Shown here: positions 38,020 through 49,475 of the stretch, one piece after another
Layout: each line of letters starts with the position of its first letter
Numbering within the stretch: position 1 is the first letter of the stretch
Source of the DNA: Schmidtea polychroa
Taxonomy: Eukaryota
Length of the DNA: 64,000 nt
Assembly: GCA_044892525.1 (NCBI GenBank)
Contig: CM097887.1
Location: 111,206,397-111,270,396, forward strand
Direction: 5' to 3'
Position numbers and translations under genes: made by a program
The notes under the pieces: generated by a model
What the model was told of the DNA's origin: nothing
The model's database searches: none
What the model saw: only the letters and a program-made list of their open reading frames with translations

Positions 38020-38822
38020 ACCGAGTGTTTATCACATTCATTGTCATCATTATAGTACTCGGGTTCAAAAATGTATGCATGACTTTTTCTTATATATGTT
38101 TATAATTCAATAAATATATATCTATAATAAAATGATACAGAATTATGTAATACCATACCACCCCCCCCCCTTAGGGTACCCATACATATATTACGTAATA
38201 CTGCATATTTGGCTTGGTTTATACTCCTCACTACTCTAATGAAGTATAATTATTATATAAGAGGTCAAAGGTCAATTATTATGTAAGGGGTTAAAGGTTA
38301 ATTATGATAGAATAGGTCAAAGGTCAATTATTACATAAGGGGGTTAATTATGGCGGAAAATCGAGTATTACGTAATCAAAATATAATTACGTCATTTTAT
38401 ATGTGATTGTGTAATTTTACAAAATTACGTAATACCATACCATCAGCCCCTAGGGTACCCATGCATATATTACGTAATACTGTATATTTGACTTGGTTTA
38501 TACTCCTCACTTCTCACTACTCTGTCAAAATGTATTGAATTTTTTCCAGGGATATTTGACTTAGTTTATACTCCTCACTACTCTAATGAAGTATAATTAT
38601 TACATAAGAGGTCAAAGGTCAATTATTACATAAGGGGGGTCAATTGTGACTGAAAATAAAAAAATCGATTATTACGTAATCAAAATATAATTACCTCATT
38701 TTATATGCGATTACGTAATTTTACAAAACTACGTAACACCATCCCACTCCCTATGGTACCCATACATATATTACGTAAAACTGTATATTTGGCTTGGTTT
38801 ATATTCCTCACTTCTCACTACT
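38020..38822 (-). repeat. Right terminal inverted repeat of the Maverick
   Basis: Reverse complement of 20946-21809 with scattered mismatches; ends CTCACTACT. Confidence 0.9.
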
Positions 38823-38968
38823 ATTTCATTTTAAAATTTCAATATGAATTCATACTGGTTAAATGAGAAAGCGAAAAACTGGAAAATATCAATGTTTAAA
38901 CCTAAAAACATTATTTAATGAATATTCGCAATCCACCCAAATGCATATTTAAAGACTTTGAAGATATA

Positions 38969-40290
38969 CAGTGGAGGATAAAGGTTTAGCAGCACTACGT
39001 AATTTTGTTGAAAAAAAATAATTTATAAAATACTCTTAGTAGATATTTATCAAATATTTGTGATACAATATAATCTAAATATAGAATCTGGAACAACCAA
39101 TTGCAGCCATGTTTAATCTTGATTCCTCTTGGTTGTCCAAATTATTTATATTTTGCTGTTGCTGGTCATGGGTCAAAAACAAGAACTTTCAAACTTTAAG
39201 GTTTCAAATAATGATTTTGCAGAAGGAAAACTATTTTAAGAGGCAAATAGCATCAAGATTAGGATTACATCCATCAACTGCTCATCATACAGTTTCCAGA
39301 TTTAAATATCTGGGAGCTATTCATTAAAACATCGCTGTGGAAGACCTTCTGTTACTCCCGAACGTGATGATGCTATTATTCGAATGGGTGTTATCAAGAA
39401 TCCATTGATATCAGCTCGTCATATCTAGTACAGGAATACCTCGAACAGTACGGTTAATCGGTTCTGGAATTTAGCCGTACTATTTGAAACCGGATTATTC
39501 GAGGCATTCTGGCGCTAATAAATTTACGGCTTAGTAGCCCTATTAAGAAATTTAAAAATCGTGATTATAATCTAATAAACAAAAAATATTTTGTTATGTA
39601 TTTTTATTTTTATGATATTCAAGAGCAAAACAAGCATATTTAACACAGTTGTACATTTATATATATATATTTATTGAAATTTATAAGCCGGCAATACCAA
39701 TTCATTTCAACTAAATCAAAAAAAGGAATTTATTTCATTTTAAAAATATTAAAAATAGATGATGAAAAACAAGTTAATTAAATTAAATAAACACAACAAT
39801 TTAATTTAGAAAAGATCAACAAAAGCAATTCACTTAAATTCTAATGTTTAGATTCATTTTTTATTGTTTAAAAATTTCAATAACGATGTCTGAAATTTTT
39901 TTGGTCGTTTCAAACAAATTATTAAACACGTGCCGTATGATTTTATAATAACGAATAAATTCTAAAAAATTAATTTAAAAAACTTTTTTAAATTTCGAAA
40001 ATTTAAACATTTTATTTAATCATTTTAAAAACAATCATATTTTGAAAATTTCATAACCGTACTATAGAGAAACCGTACTATGCGAGGTATTCCTGTAATT
40101 GCAATCCTAGCATTCGTACTAATCAAAGACGACTTCAGCAGCAAAATCATGTGTCTCTAGAAAGAGCATTGCAGATTGATTGGCTTTCCGTCATCACTAC
40201 AAAGACTGGACGTCTGTTGACTGGCCTAAAGTCATGTTTGTTGATGAAGCCAATGTACAGCAGTTCCACATCAATCACCCAGTAGCGATT
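38969..40290 (+). pseudogene. Tc1-like transposase relic interrupted by a MITE
   Basis: TA|CAGTGG end; QIASRLGLHPSTAHHTVSRFK..RCGRPSVT HTH; WPKVMFVDE (first catalytic D) at ~40225. Confidence 0.75.
39431..40095. mobile_element. pogo/Tc1-type MITE nested in the Tc1 relic
   Basis: TA|CAGGAATACCTCG...CGAGGTATTCCTG|TA perfect 13-bp TIR with TA TSD. Confidence 0.8.
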
Positions 40291-40536
40291 CGAGATTAAA
40301 GGGCGAGTCGTATTTTAAATATATTTATTATTATTATATTACATAGTATTTGTGTGTTTATATTATTGACATCTGATTTTTTGTTTAAATTTTGACACAA
40401 ACTCACGCCTCCCAAATTCTTTACCCGTCGTTTTTCTTCACCTTAACGATTCTTTCCCCGGCACCTTAGTAATGTCCCCAACCAGTATCTTAACGCGTTT
40501 TGATTTGCAATTTTTTTAATTATCTTTCTCAGTTAC

Positions 40537-41030
40537 TAGATCTATTTTCACAGATTTTTCAACGGAATCTAATTAAATAAGCTGTGGAAAATTTTAATTC
40601 AAAATTCAATCGAAAACCCAGTTAAAATTTCAAAAATAAATTTAAATTTTTCAAAAGATTTTTCTCAACAACTAGACATATTTTCAGAAATTTTTCAATG
40701 GAATCTAAGTAAATAAGCAATGGAATATCTCAATGCAAGATTTCCATTCAAAATTTTATCAGAAACCCATTTAAAATTTTAGAAATAAATTTATATAAAT
40801 TATTTTTCAAAAGATTTTTCTCTGCATTTAGATACATTTTCATAAATATTTCAACGGAATCTAAGTACATAAACGACAGTCCATCTCTCTTCAAAATTCA
40901 ATCGGGAACCCATTTAAAATTTTAAAAATAAATTTAAATTCAAAATTTTAAACTATCCTTCATAGCTACCAGATCTATTTTTACAGGTTTTTCAGCATAA
41001 TCTAATTAAAAAAGTGACGGTTTATCATAA
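40537..41030. repeat. Degenerate tandem repeat (~130-150-bp units)
   Basis: Recurring tagatctattttcacagatttttcaacggaatctaa...aaaattcaatcgaaaaccca..aaaataaattt. Confidence 0.55.
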
Positions 41031-41986
41031 AATGTTTTGGAAATCCCTTTGAATTTATAATCAACAGAATCTATAATGTTTCGGTAAAATTTTTCTATTT
41101 TTCTATATTTTATATAATTATATTTTATATAAATTATTAATCTACTATTAAAAATAGAATAATAATATAATTTTGATTTTAATATTTCTTAAAATTTTTT
41201 TTTATCATAAGATTCATTTTTCACATGTATAATTTTAAATTTCAAAATTTTTCTTTCTAATTTTCAAATTTTGTTTTATGTTATTTTTATGCTTTACCTA
41301 ATGTATTTTCTTTATTTTTTATGCTTCTTGGTACTATTCAATGGTGATGAATTAATTTTGAAACAAACTAAAGTATTATTATCGTCTTAGTGATAATCAA
41401 TGAATACCCACTATTGGTCAAACAACTAGTTAACAAAAGTCAGTTAAATGAAACAATGAAAATGTTTTTTTAATACCTTTGCAAGAGTATAAGACCTGAT
41501 AAATTGGTGTCATTTGCGAAAAAAATCACTATATCATGTTAATCATAAAAAATCACTTTTTACCATATTAAATTTATTCAATTTAAAAATTAAAAATACA
41601 TTTTTTTATTTATAGGTGATGCAAATTTTTTAGCCACAGACTATAAATAAAGGATTTGAAATTGACATTTTGAGCTTGTTTATTACTCGTGTTTAAAAGT
41701 GAAGAGATTAATATTTTTAGTAGTATCATAAAAAAAAATTTACTCGATGTGAAAATCATTGGAGGATCACCCAAACTCACTTCCATAACGTCAGCTGATT
41801 TTAATAATTTTTAAAAAAGTTGAATATATTAAATACTTTATTTTGCTATTTTACAGCTAATTAATTTGAATGTGAAATTTAATTTAAAACAAATTGTAAA
41901 TAACAAATCATTAAAAGTAATTTTTAAAGTAATCATTTAAAATTAAATGATTGTTTTAATAATATATAAAACATATTATATAAATT

Positions 41987-42473
41987 ATGCCTAGGCCGCG
42001 AAATAATTTAAGTGTTTATAAAAAACGTAAATTTGTTTTACAAGAAGTGGAAAATGCGCGACCACTTCCCAATGAACAGTTACATATATTGAAAGTAATA
42101 TTAAACTTTACATTTTGAATTATTTATTAATTAGTTAGGTAAATCTGTTGGTTCTAATGTTTATCAAGCTTTTTTCCCAGATAATCAAGAAACATTGCTC
42201 AGTATGCCCACAAAATTTAGAGACACTATTTATGTAAATAGTGGAATGTTCGTAATAGCAGAAAAAATTATTGAAAATGAAAAGGTTTGGGGAGAGATTC
42301 AGTTTGTTTTATTAGAAAATCAAATTGATCATATCAAATATAATAAATTGTGGCCAGTTGAGTTTACAGAGAAAAAAGAAAAGAACGTCTTAGACAGTTA
42401 CATTGATAAAGATTTAATGCCACCGTCAGAATCAGAAAATGATTCGGAAGATGAATCATCTAGCGAAGAATAA
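41987..42473 (+). CDS. EIF1AD: Probable RNA-binding protein EIF1AD, 148 aa (exons 41987-42094, 42135-42473)
   Basis: KKRKFVLQEV..LK|LGKSVGSNVY..LLSMPTKFRDTIYV..EKVWGEIQFVL..LWPVEF and acidic ESSSEE tail match EIF1AD; 40-nt GT-AG intron keeps the frame. Confidence 0.85.
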
Positions 42474-43937
42474 TTTTATTAATATATTTTAGATTGTTTA
42501 GAGTTTAAGTCATATTTATTGATATGTATATTTAAAATTCTCTAACTTCATTGTTTGTTGATTTAAAAGAATATGCATGAATCGTTCTTGTACATGTAGG
42601 TCTCGCTTTCGTTTTGGTTACAATTTTTTCAACTTTTATTTATTTACTGAACTTATTTTTTGTTACCTAAACTAGTTTATTTACATTTTCGTTTTTTTAT
42701 TTTTAGCAAATTTAACAACTATTTAAATTTAAAACTATTAAAAAGCATAAAAACACCTCTTAAGCTGGATATGCTAGAAAGAAGAAAAACCTGTTAAGAT
42801 AGCAAAAGTTCTGGTTTGGTTCAGTTATTAGAGATCAAGATGTTGATAAAATAAGAAAGGCAGGAAAATATGTAAATTTTAAGATTTGAACCAGTAATGC
42901 TTTATCTTCGCTTTCAAATTGGAATGAAACTCAATGTAGAAAACCATCAATCTAACTCAGTTAACAAATTTTTGCATTCAGGCTAAACAATAAAAATGAA
43001 ACATGACTGTATTTTTTTTGTTATTTATTATTTAATTGAATTTTGAGTTCGTCCAATCAAATTCGTTTTAGTCGTATCGGTATATCTCGGATTTTGACGT
43101 ATGTCGTAGTCCTTATTTTTACTTTACAATTCATATAAATTTTACAACTTAAGTCATATTTTATCTTCTTGGCATTGTTACAATGAACAATCGAATTACA
43201 AGATGGATATAAAAGCCACAGGCAAATAAACAGAATTGCCAATGGGTTGAAAAACGTAAAAGAATAATGTAGCGAGAGTAAAAAAAGGAAAATTGAACTT
43301 AGTGATAACTGAATATATTCGAATCGAGCGTACCAGAAAGGAACATCTCCGTTGAAAGAATAATCCCTTCGCAAGGTTATATTGATATTGAAAGGTGTAG
43401 AGCAAAAGAGTTGTTTAAAGTTGTGGTTGTTTCATTAAATAGTGTTGGGCCAAGCTCCGAAGGTGTTGGAAAAACGAACCTAGGAAGGGATAGAGTAAAA
43501 TAAAATAAAAACATATAAAAATACGAGAAACATAGGAGGAAACAAATTAAATATCCAGAAAGAAATTAGAATAAAATTAGAATAACTAAATAAAATAACA
43601 AAACCCCTAAAGGAAAAATAAGACAAGAGGGAAGGCACCTAATAAACGACAGTAAAAGAAAAAAAAATAAAATAGCAGAAAATTTAAGAAAAATGAACAA
43701 AAGTAAAAGAAGAAAAACAAAATAAAAATAAAAAAATCATCCATAAGGCTAATTAAAACAAAAAAGGAAGTTACAATAAAATAGCAACAAAACCACAAGA
43801 AAAACAGATAAAATAATAAAAAATAGGAAAATAAATAAAATAATAATAAAAATAGGAAAAAGTCATTAAAATATACCTGATTACATTAAAAAACATAAAA
43901 ATCATAATAAACAATAATATTACATGCAAGTCGCGTC

Positions 43938-44058
43938 CTGATTGGACGAAAAGTAATATATAAAGAGCGACAAAAATCTGTAGAGTATCATTCTAACCCG
44001 AAACTCTACAGGTAAAATTTTATCCTTTATAATATCATTCTAACCCGAAACTCTACAG
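43938..44058 (+). promoter_or_regulatory. Putative LTR promoter: inverted CCAAT, TATA, Inr-like TCATT, duplicated leader and mini-intron
   Basis: CTGATTGG 43938-43945, TATATAAA 43957-43964, 26-nt direct repeat 43986-44011/44033-44058, GT at 44012. Confidence 0.55.
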
Positions 44059-46283
44059 AAAAGCTAGGAACCACTCACAAGCACAGATTATTGAACCATA
44101 TTCATTTATCGGATAACATATACATTGAACGGAGATCGAATTCAGCTCAGTCGAACGAGTCTATCTAAAGAAAACTTATATTACTTTGATCTAACACCTT
44201 CGGAGATTTTTGGTAAATTATGTTTTAGATTTTAGTATGATGATCTAAATATTTATTATGAATTTAACAAGTCGTTTATAATCCAATAAATTTCATATTT
44301 TAAACGAAGGTGTTGCTTTCTCTCTATGAGGCTGGCGACGGCGTCCTCTGGAATCCGGGTATGATGCAGTTGGGTTTTTCGAACGTCCTACGGAGAGGAA
44401 ATTTACGAATATGAACTCGGGAAATTGAAGTGATAGAACTAGCCCAGGATCCATATGAATTTAGAAACTAAAGTGATTACTTAATGAATACGAGATTTAT
44501 GCTAACCAGAGTCATCATGCCCGGATTTCAAATGTCGTGGTCGCCAGGTGAACATTTATTTAATTGATTTTCTCATAATTCCATTATTTCTATATTGATT
44601 CACTGAATAATTAAATTGTATTGTTGCACATTTATTGAGAATGGAGTTGCGATGAGACGGGTCGAGTCGTCCTTCACACCGGTCCAAGAGCAGTGGGCAG
44701 AGATGCGTACTGCCTTGGGTGGGTTGTGAGGAGCGAGGAAACCATGTGAGATTTAACAAATCAAGTAAATGATTCTTTCATCGAGTGTAATCCACCCATC
44801 TTAGTCGTCGAAAACCATCCAATGCAGAAACTTCTGAGTGACATAGTTTGAGTCAACGATACCTTGGGAACTCCCGGAGGCATACCATTAGAACTATCAT
44901 CAGCCTTGTATCCAATCACGTCATTAATAATCTTTGATTTGGAGCCTTATTCGTCTTGCATTGAGAGAAGCGACTGCTAGAACGTCTGCCGGAAGGAGTT
45001 ATTAATTTCGAGTTTTTACGAGAGATTCTCTGTACTAAGCCCATTTCGTATCTTACAATCTGAAGGTGCTTTGGAAGCTACACCGCCGGGAGGTTAGCGA
45101 ATAGATCCATCGTCTTGCTTATCGTCGACTCCGGGGGGACTTAATCATCAACCGACATCTAGCCGCTGTCATCGATAATAGCCGTTTTAGAGATGAATGT
45201 AAACATCTCTAGATAGTAGATTTAAACACTGGCTATGAGTCCGAAGGAAACGGTCGCCAGCGACATCGGGTGGGCGTAGTAGACTGCCGGGAAATCGGTT
45301 GATAAGATATCTGAAGCCTCAGTCACGAGCGAACGAGTTGACAGTTTTTATCTCAAAACCAATTAGTGGAGCAAAATCTAAATATGGAATCGATCTTATC
45401 TAGTAGATTCGCAATTTAGCCCACACAATTAGATTCACGAGTTTTCTATGACACCCTCTTAGATTTCCACCTATCTAGAAAGTCAGCCAGCGATGTCATG
45501 TCTAGTGTGCAGATAGTGGATAAATTTATCTCACGATTGTGTAACGGTAGACCAGGAGATGGTAGACTACATGTCCAATCCGACAGTGAGATTACGTCAT
45601 ACTGAATAGTAGAATGTTCTACCTAGTCCACGACCACAGGCTGAAGATAAATCATACAATGCATGCATACGAACAGACCTGACAACATCTGCTAGCCTAC
45701 CTCCAGGGTAAAACTAATACACCACTACTCACAAACAAGCGTCGTTATGACGACATTTATGGCGCAAGATTTAAGATGATCAAATAGCAAATTATGATAA
45801 GACTTAAATTGAATTTTGCGGTTCTTTTATGAAGCCGATCACGGCGGTTTAAAACCCCAATAGTCACCCGTCATACCGAACTATGTTTTTGTGACTTCAC
45901 GAGTGCGAAATTTTACGAGTATAGTAGGACGGGGAGTGGGAATGCTATTACTAGGGAAGGATAATTATAACAAACTCGACTGTGGTAAATTAATAAAAGC
46001 ACATTAAATAAAAATGGCCAATTTCGGACAACAAACATAAATTCAAAGTTAGGATAAATGTATTATTTTGAGGAAGCCCGTTTTCTTTTTTTTTTTTTTT
46101 TCTCTATCAGTGTGGATGCTTGCAGACAAATGAGTGTAAATGTTGACCAGTGATATGGGTAAGTGGGTCATTGTCGAGTAGGATGATTGGAAATAGGGTA
46201 AAAATTGTAGTCAAAATTTGGAAACGACACTCCAACGATTTTTTTTTTAAACTCTACAATTAACAAAACGTCTTGATCTTTAG

Positions 46284-47045
46284 ATGCCTGCTTCAACCGC
46301 TACGAACAAGGATCTCCGTCCCTGCTTCTCCTGCGCAGATAAAAACGCAGACATAGCACAACTCCACTCATACATTGGGGCACTGAAAAAGAGAATTGAT
46401 CTCTATGAAGGCACGTGGTTCTCCCCGCCACAGATGAAGGAGGAGCGCAGTAAAATTCTTCGGTTGGAACATTGCCGGGACAGCCTCCTAGAGGAGAGTC
46501 GCTGTCAAAGACTGACGATCAAGGCGCAATCGGAAGCCCTCCACAAGGTCTACACGGAGGCAGAATTGGCCAAACGGGTACGAGAATTTCCCGTCTTGGA
46601 GGCCAGCAATGTTTTTCCCACTCACCACCAAAGTACTTCCACCGCTACAACCAGTTGTCTGGGGCACGGCTCCTATCTGCCGCCTGTTCCAGCACCGGCC
46701 TTATATAGTTGTCAGCCGCCGGTAGGTGGTCCATCCGACCCTATCTTGGCTCCAGTTTTAGTGACATCAGTTACAGCACCCGATGCGGACAACCATCAAC
46801 CACAGCGTAAAAGAAAACGGCCGACCCGAGCCGCCAAAAATCAAAGACGTCGAGATGCAATCGCGGCTCTCGAGGCGTCGTTATCTGTGGCCAAGTCTTC
46901 TCTGGAGAAGTTATCGTCAATACCCTCTACCCCCACAAAGGAGATATTCCGGGTGATCTCGCCCGAAGGGGTCCAGCTCGTGCGAGACCGTCGGTTACCG
47001 GTCGACATCGACGAGATGATCGCCGAAGGGGAAGTTTTCCCATAA
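46284..47045 (+). CDS. LTR-encoded protein of unknown function, 253 aa (CxxC, coiled coil, basic NLS-like patch, acidic C-terminus)
   Basis: Intact ORF directly after a ctttag acceptor; homologous to 25825-26567. Confidence 0.75.
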   Translation: MPASTATNKDLRPCFSCADKNADIAQLHSYIGALKKRIDLYEGTWFSPPQMKEERSKILRLEHCRDSLLEESRCQRLTIKAQSEALHKVYTEAELAKRVREFPVLEASNVFPTHHQSTSTATTSCLGHGSYLPPVPAPALYSCQPPVGGPSDPILAPVLVTSVTAPDADNHQPQRKRKRPTRAAKNQRRRDAIAALEASLSVAKSSLEKLSSIPSTPTKEIFRVISPEGVQLVRDRRLPVDIDEMIAEGEVFP

Positions 47046-47586
47046 TTGGACGTGTCGTTGACCCATCTCTCATTCCACGCGATCAAGCTCAACAATCTTT
47101 ATAAACGACTTAGATGATGCGTGTTGTGTACTCTCCTACGTGTTGTGATCGGAAATTTGTGTTCATATGTATCCTCAATTTCATTAATATAATCATAGTA
47201 TTCGTTGTGTTGTCCCGTAAAAGTTATAGAGTGATGAGTTATGACTGGACGAATGGATTGGAATGATCATTGGAGAATGTGGGTCGTCCCCTTGGACCAG
47301 GGTCGTACCGAGAATACATGACGAGTAGGGGTAAGACCTTCTTAGGCACCGAGGAACCTGAACTGAGAGGGGGTCCGTAGTAGTCCTAAGGCAGGGGCTC
47401 ACCTGCGGACCAACTCCGACCCGTGTGAGCAGTACCAACGTGGGTAGATCATCACGGGCTCACATGAGGGAATATTTGTAAATCATGCGGGTTATGTGGG
47501 GGAAGGGCCCCGAGCTAAAGGAACATGATGCCAGCTGCACTACGAATGTCCGTTTGACTCCTCCCATATACGCCCAACATGATTTT

Positions 47587-47604
47587 TGGGGGCTCAGCCG
47601 GGAT
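47587..47604 (+). promoter_or_regulatory. Primer-binding site complementary to tRNA-Pro
   Basis: TGGGGGCTCAGCCGGGAT, 7 nt after the LTR end; compare the MLV tRNA-Pro PBS TGGGGGCTCGTCCGGGAT. Confidence 0.85.
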
Positions 47605-48088
47605 TCTACACTATCAATGCGATTTGTCGATCACCCATTATTGTGTTATGATGTGTTAGATTTAACAATTTAATTAAGGATGATTAAAAACGGAATCGGG
47701 ACTGAAACAAATCGATATTATAGTATAATAGAATGATGATACGAACTGTTTGTGTTTGAAGAGAGCATGTATGAATAAAAACGAACCTAAATGAGTTTGA
47801 ATGAAAATAAGGTTGAATGAATGTGAAAGAGTGCGGTGAGAAAAGAAAACGGGAATCACTTATTTTGTTTAGTTTAATTTATTAAATTAAAAAGAGGGAT
47901 GAAAGGAAGTAATGATAATAAAAGTAAATGATTAAAGTGGAAAATATGACGAGGGAATTCCAAGGATGGAATAAAATACAAAAGTTAGAAACATTAACAA
48001 TAAAAGTCAAACGAAAATTAAATACCAACCTGATAATATCATTAATAATACCCGCAAAACAAATAATAACAACACATTTTTTTTAGAT

Positions 48089-48568
48089 ATGTCGGAAGCT
48101 AGAAAACATCTACAACAGCTAAGCAGATTCATCGACATAGAAAACGATTCTCTAAAGACGTTAAGAGAAAAACTGCAACAAATAGAGACCCTAGAACAAC
48201 AACGCCACGATGCACCTCTGATATCAAAACAAAATTATTTAACCAATAAACTGGGAGCAACAAACACCGATACCGACTTGTCTACCCATTACCAATGGAT
48301 GCAGCAACGACTCGACGACCCCGCTCTGAACATCGAATATGTGAGAATACGCGAACAAGTAAAAACTCTGTCTCAGAGAATACGAACATCGATAGTAGAG
48401 AAAGCAGCGGTCTTAAGAACTTGTAACATTTGTAAGACGCGACCTGCCAAAATTCTAATTCTACCGTGTGGACACCTTAGCCATTGTGACGAATGCGCCG
48501 TCAGTTTAACGCATTGTTCTTTATGTGTATGTGTGATAAAGGAGAAGCACACGATTTACTTCAGTTAG
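48089..48568 (+). CDS. Coiled-coil plus C-terminal C3HC4 RING protein (IAP/MDM2-type RING, no BIR), 159 aa
   Basis: CNICKTRPAKILILPCGHLSHCDECAVSLTHCSLCVCVIKEKHTIYFS*; polypyrimidine-AG acceptor just before the ATG. Confidence 0.85.
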   Translation: MSEARKHLQQLSRFIDIENDSLKTLREKLQQIETLEQQRHDAPLISKQNYLTNKLGATNTDTDLSTHYQWMQQRLDDPALNIEYVRIREQVKTLSQRIRTSIVEKAAVLRTCNICKTRPAKILILPCGHLSHCDECAVSLTHCSLCVCVIKEKHTIYFS

Positions 48569-49157
48569 CACGCGATCAGCACTCGGTGAAAGAATTGATC
48601 TGATTGACGATTTGACTAAATCCTTTATGTTTAATTGATGGGTCAATAATTTTTTAGTAAATGTGTATATTGCATGTGGCTTAAGCCAAATAATGAATAG
48701 AATGTTTTGTGTGTTCATTTTATTGTGAATTCAGTAACTTTATGATAATTTTCACCATAGAGAGAGAGCATCAATAAACTTAATTTAAACAAATAATATA
48801 AAGTGGAACTAGTCCCAACATAGGGTTAAAGGGGGAATAAACCGAGCCACCTTCGGGAGGTACGTTATACAAATGCCGTTTGGGAAGGGACAACCGATCA
48901 CCCCGAGTAAGAGATGTAAGGCGAGGTACCATCGCGAATATTGAAAAGTTTCTGCGGTATGGCTGATCACCATACCAATGTAGAAATGGATCAATGCGAT
49001 CGTTTTGCGTTTTGAGCAAGGGGGGAAAGGGGAAACCTTCCAAAGCGGTACAGATTAAGTCGACAAATAAAAGTAAAAATAGGAAGATGACAGTATAGAA
49101 TAAAGACAGAAAAGGAACGGAAGCATGCAGAGTTTAGAGACATTAAGGCCGAGCTGT

Positions 49158-49475
49158 TGAAAAGTCCAGCCAGTAGGGGATAATAAGATCGAGTTGTTGA
49201 ATAGTCCAACCGGTCAGAAGAAGAAGATTGAGCTGTTGAATAGTGCCAGCCAGTCGTAAGATCGAGTTGTTGAATAGTCCAACCGGTCAGAAGAAGAAGA
49301 TTGAGCTGTGAATAGTGCCAGCCAGTCGTAAGATCGAGTTGTTGAATAGTCCAACCGGTCAGAAGAAGAAGATTGAGCTGTGAATAGTGCCAGCCAGTCG
49401 TAAGATCGAGTTGTTGAATAGTCCAACCGGTCAGGAGAAGAAGATTGAGCTGTTGAAAAGTGCCAGCCAGTCGTA
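49158..49475. repeat. Tandem repeat, ~4 copies of a 72-73-bp unit made of two related halves
   Basis: aagatcgagttgttgaatagtccaaccggtcagaagaagaagattgagctg(t)tgaatagtgccagccagtcgt starting at 49185, 49258, 49330 and 49402. Confidence 0.9.

Larger units (their letters stand above)
20814..38822 (-). mobile_element. Maverick/Polinton (adintovirus-like) element, ~14.2 kb without the nested LTR
   Basis: AGTAGT...ACTACT termini, 6-bp TSD ATTTCA (20808-20813, 38823-38828), long TIRs, and pPolB, INT, ATPase, MCP, mCP and adenain genes. Confidence 0.95.
43443..47579 (+). repeat. 5' LTR, 4137 bp
   Basis: TGTTGGG...CCCAACA perfect 7-bp terminal inverted repeat, followed by a PBS; same organisation as solo LTR 23362-27151. 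Confidence 0.88.
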
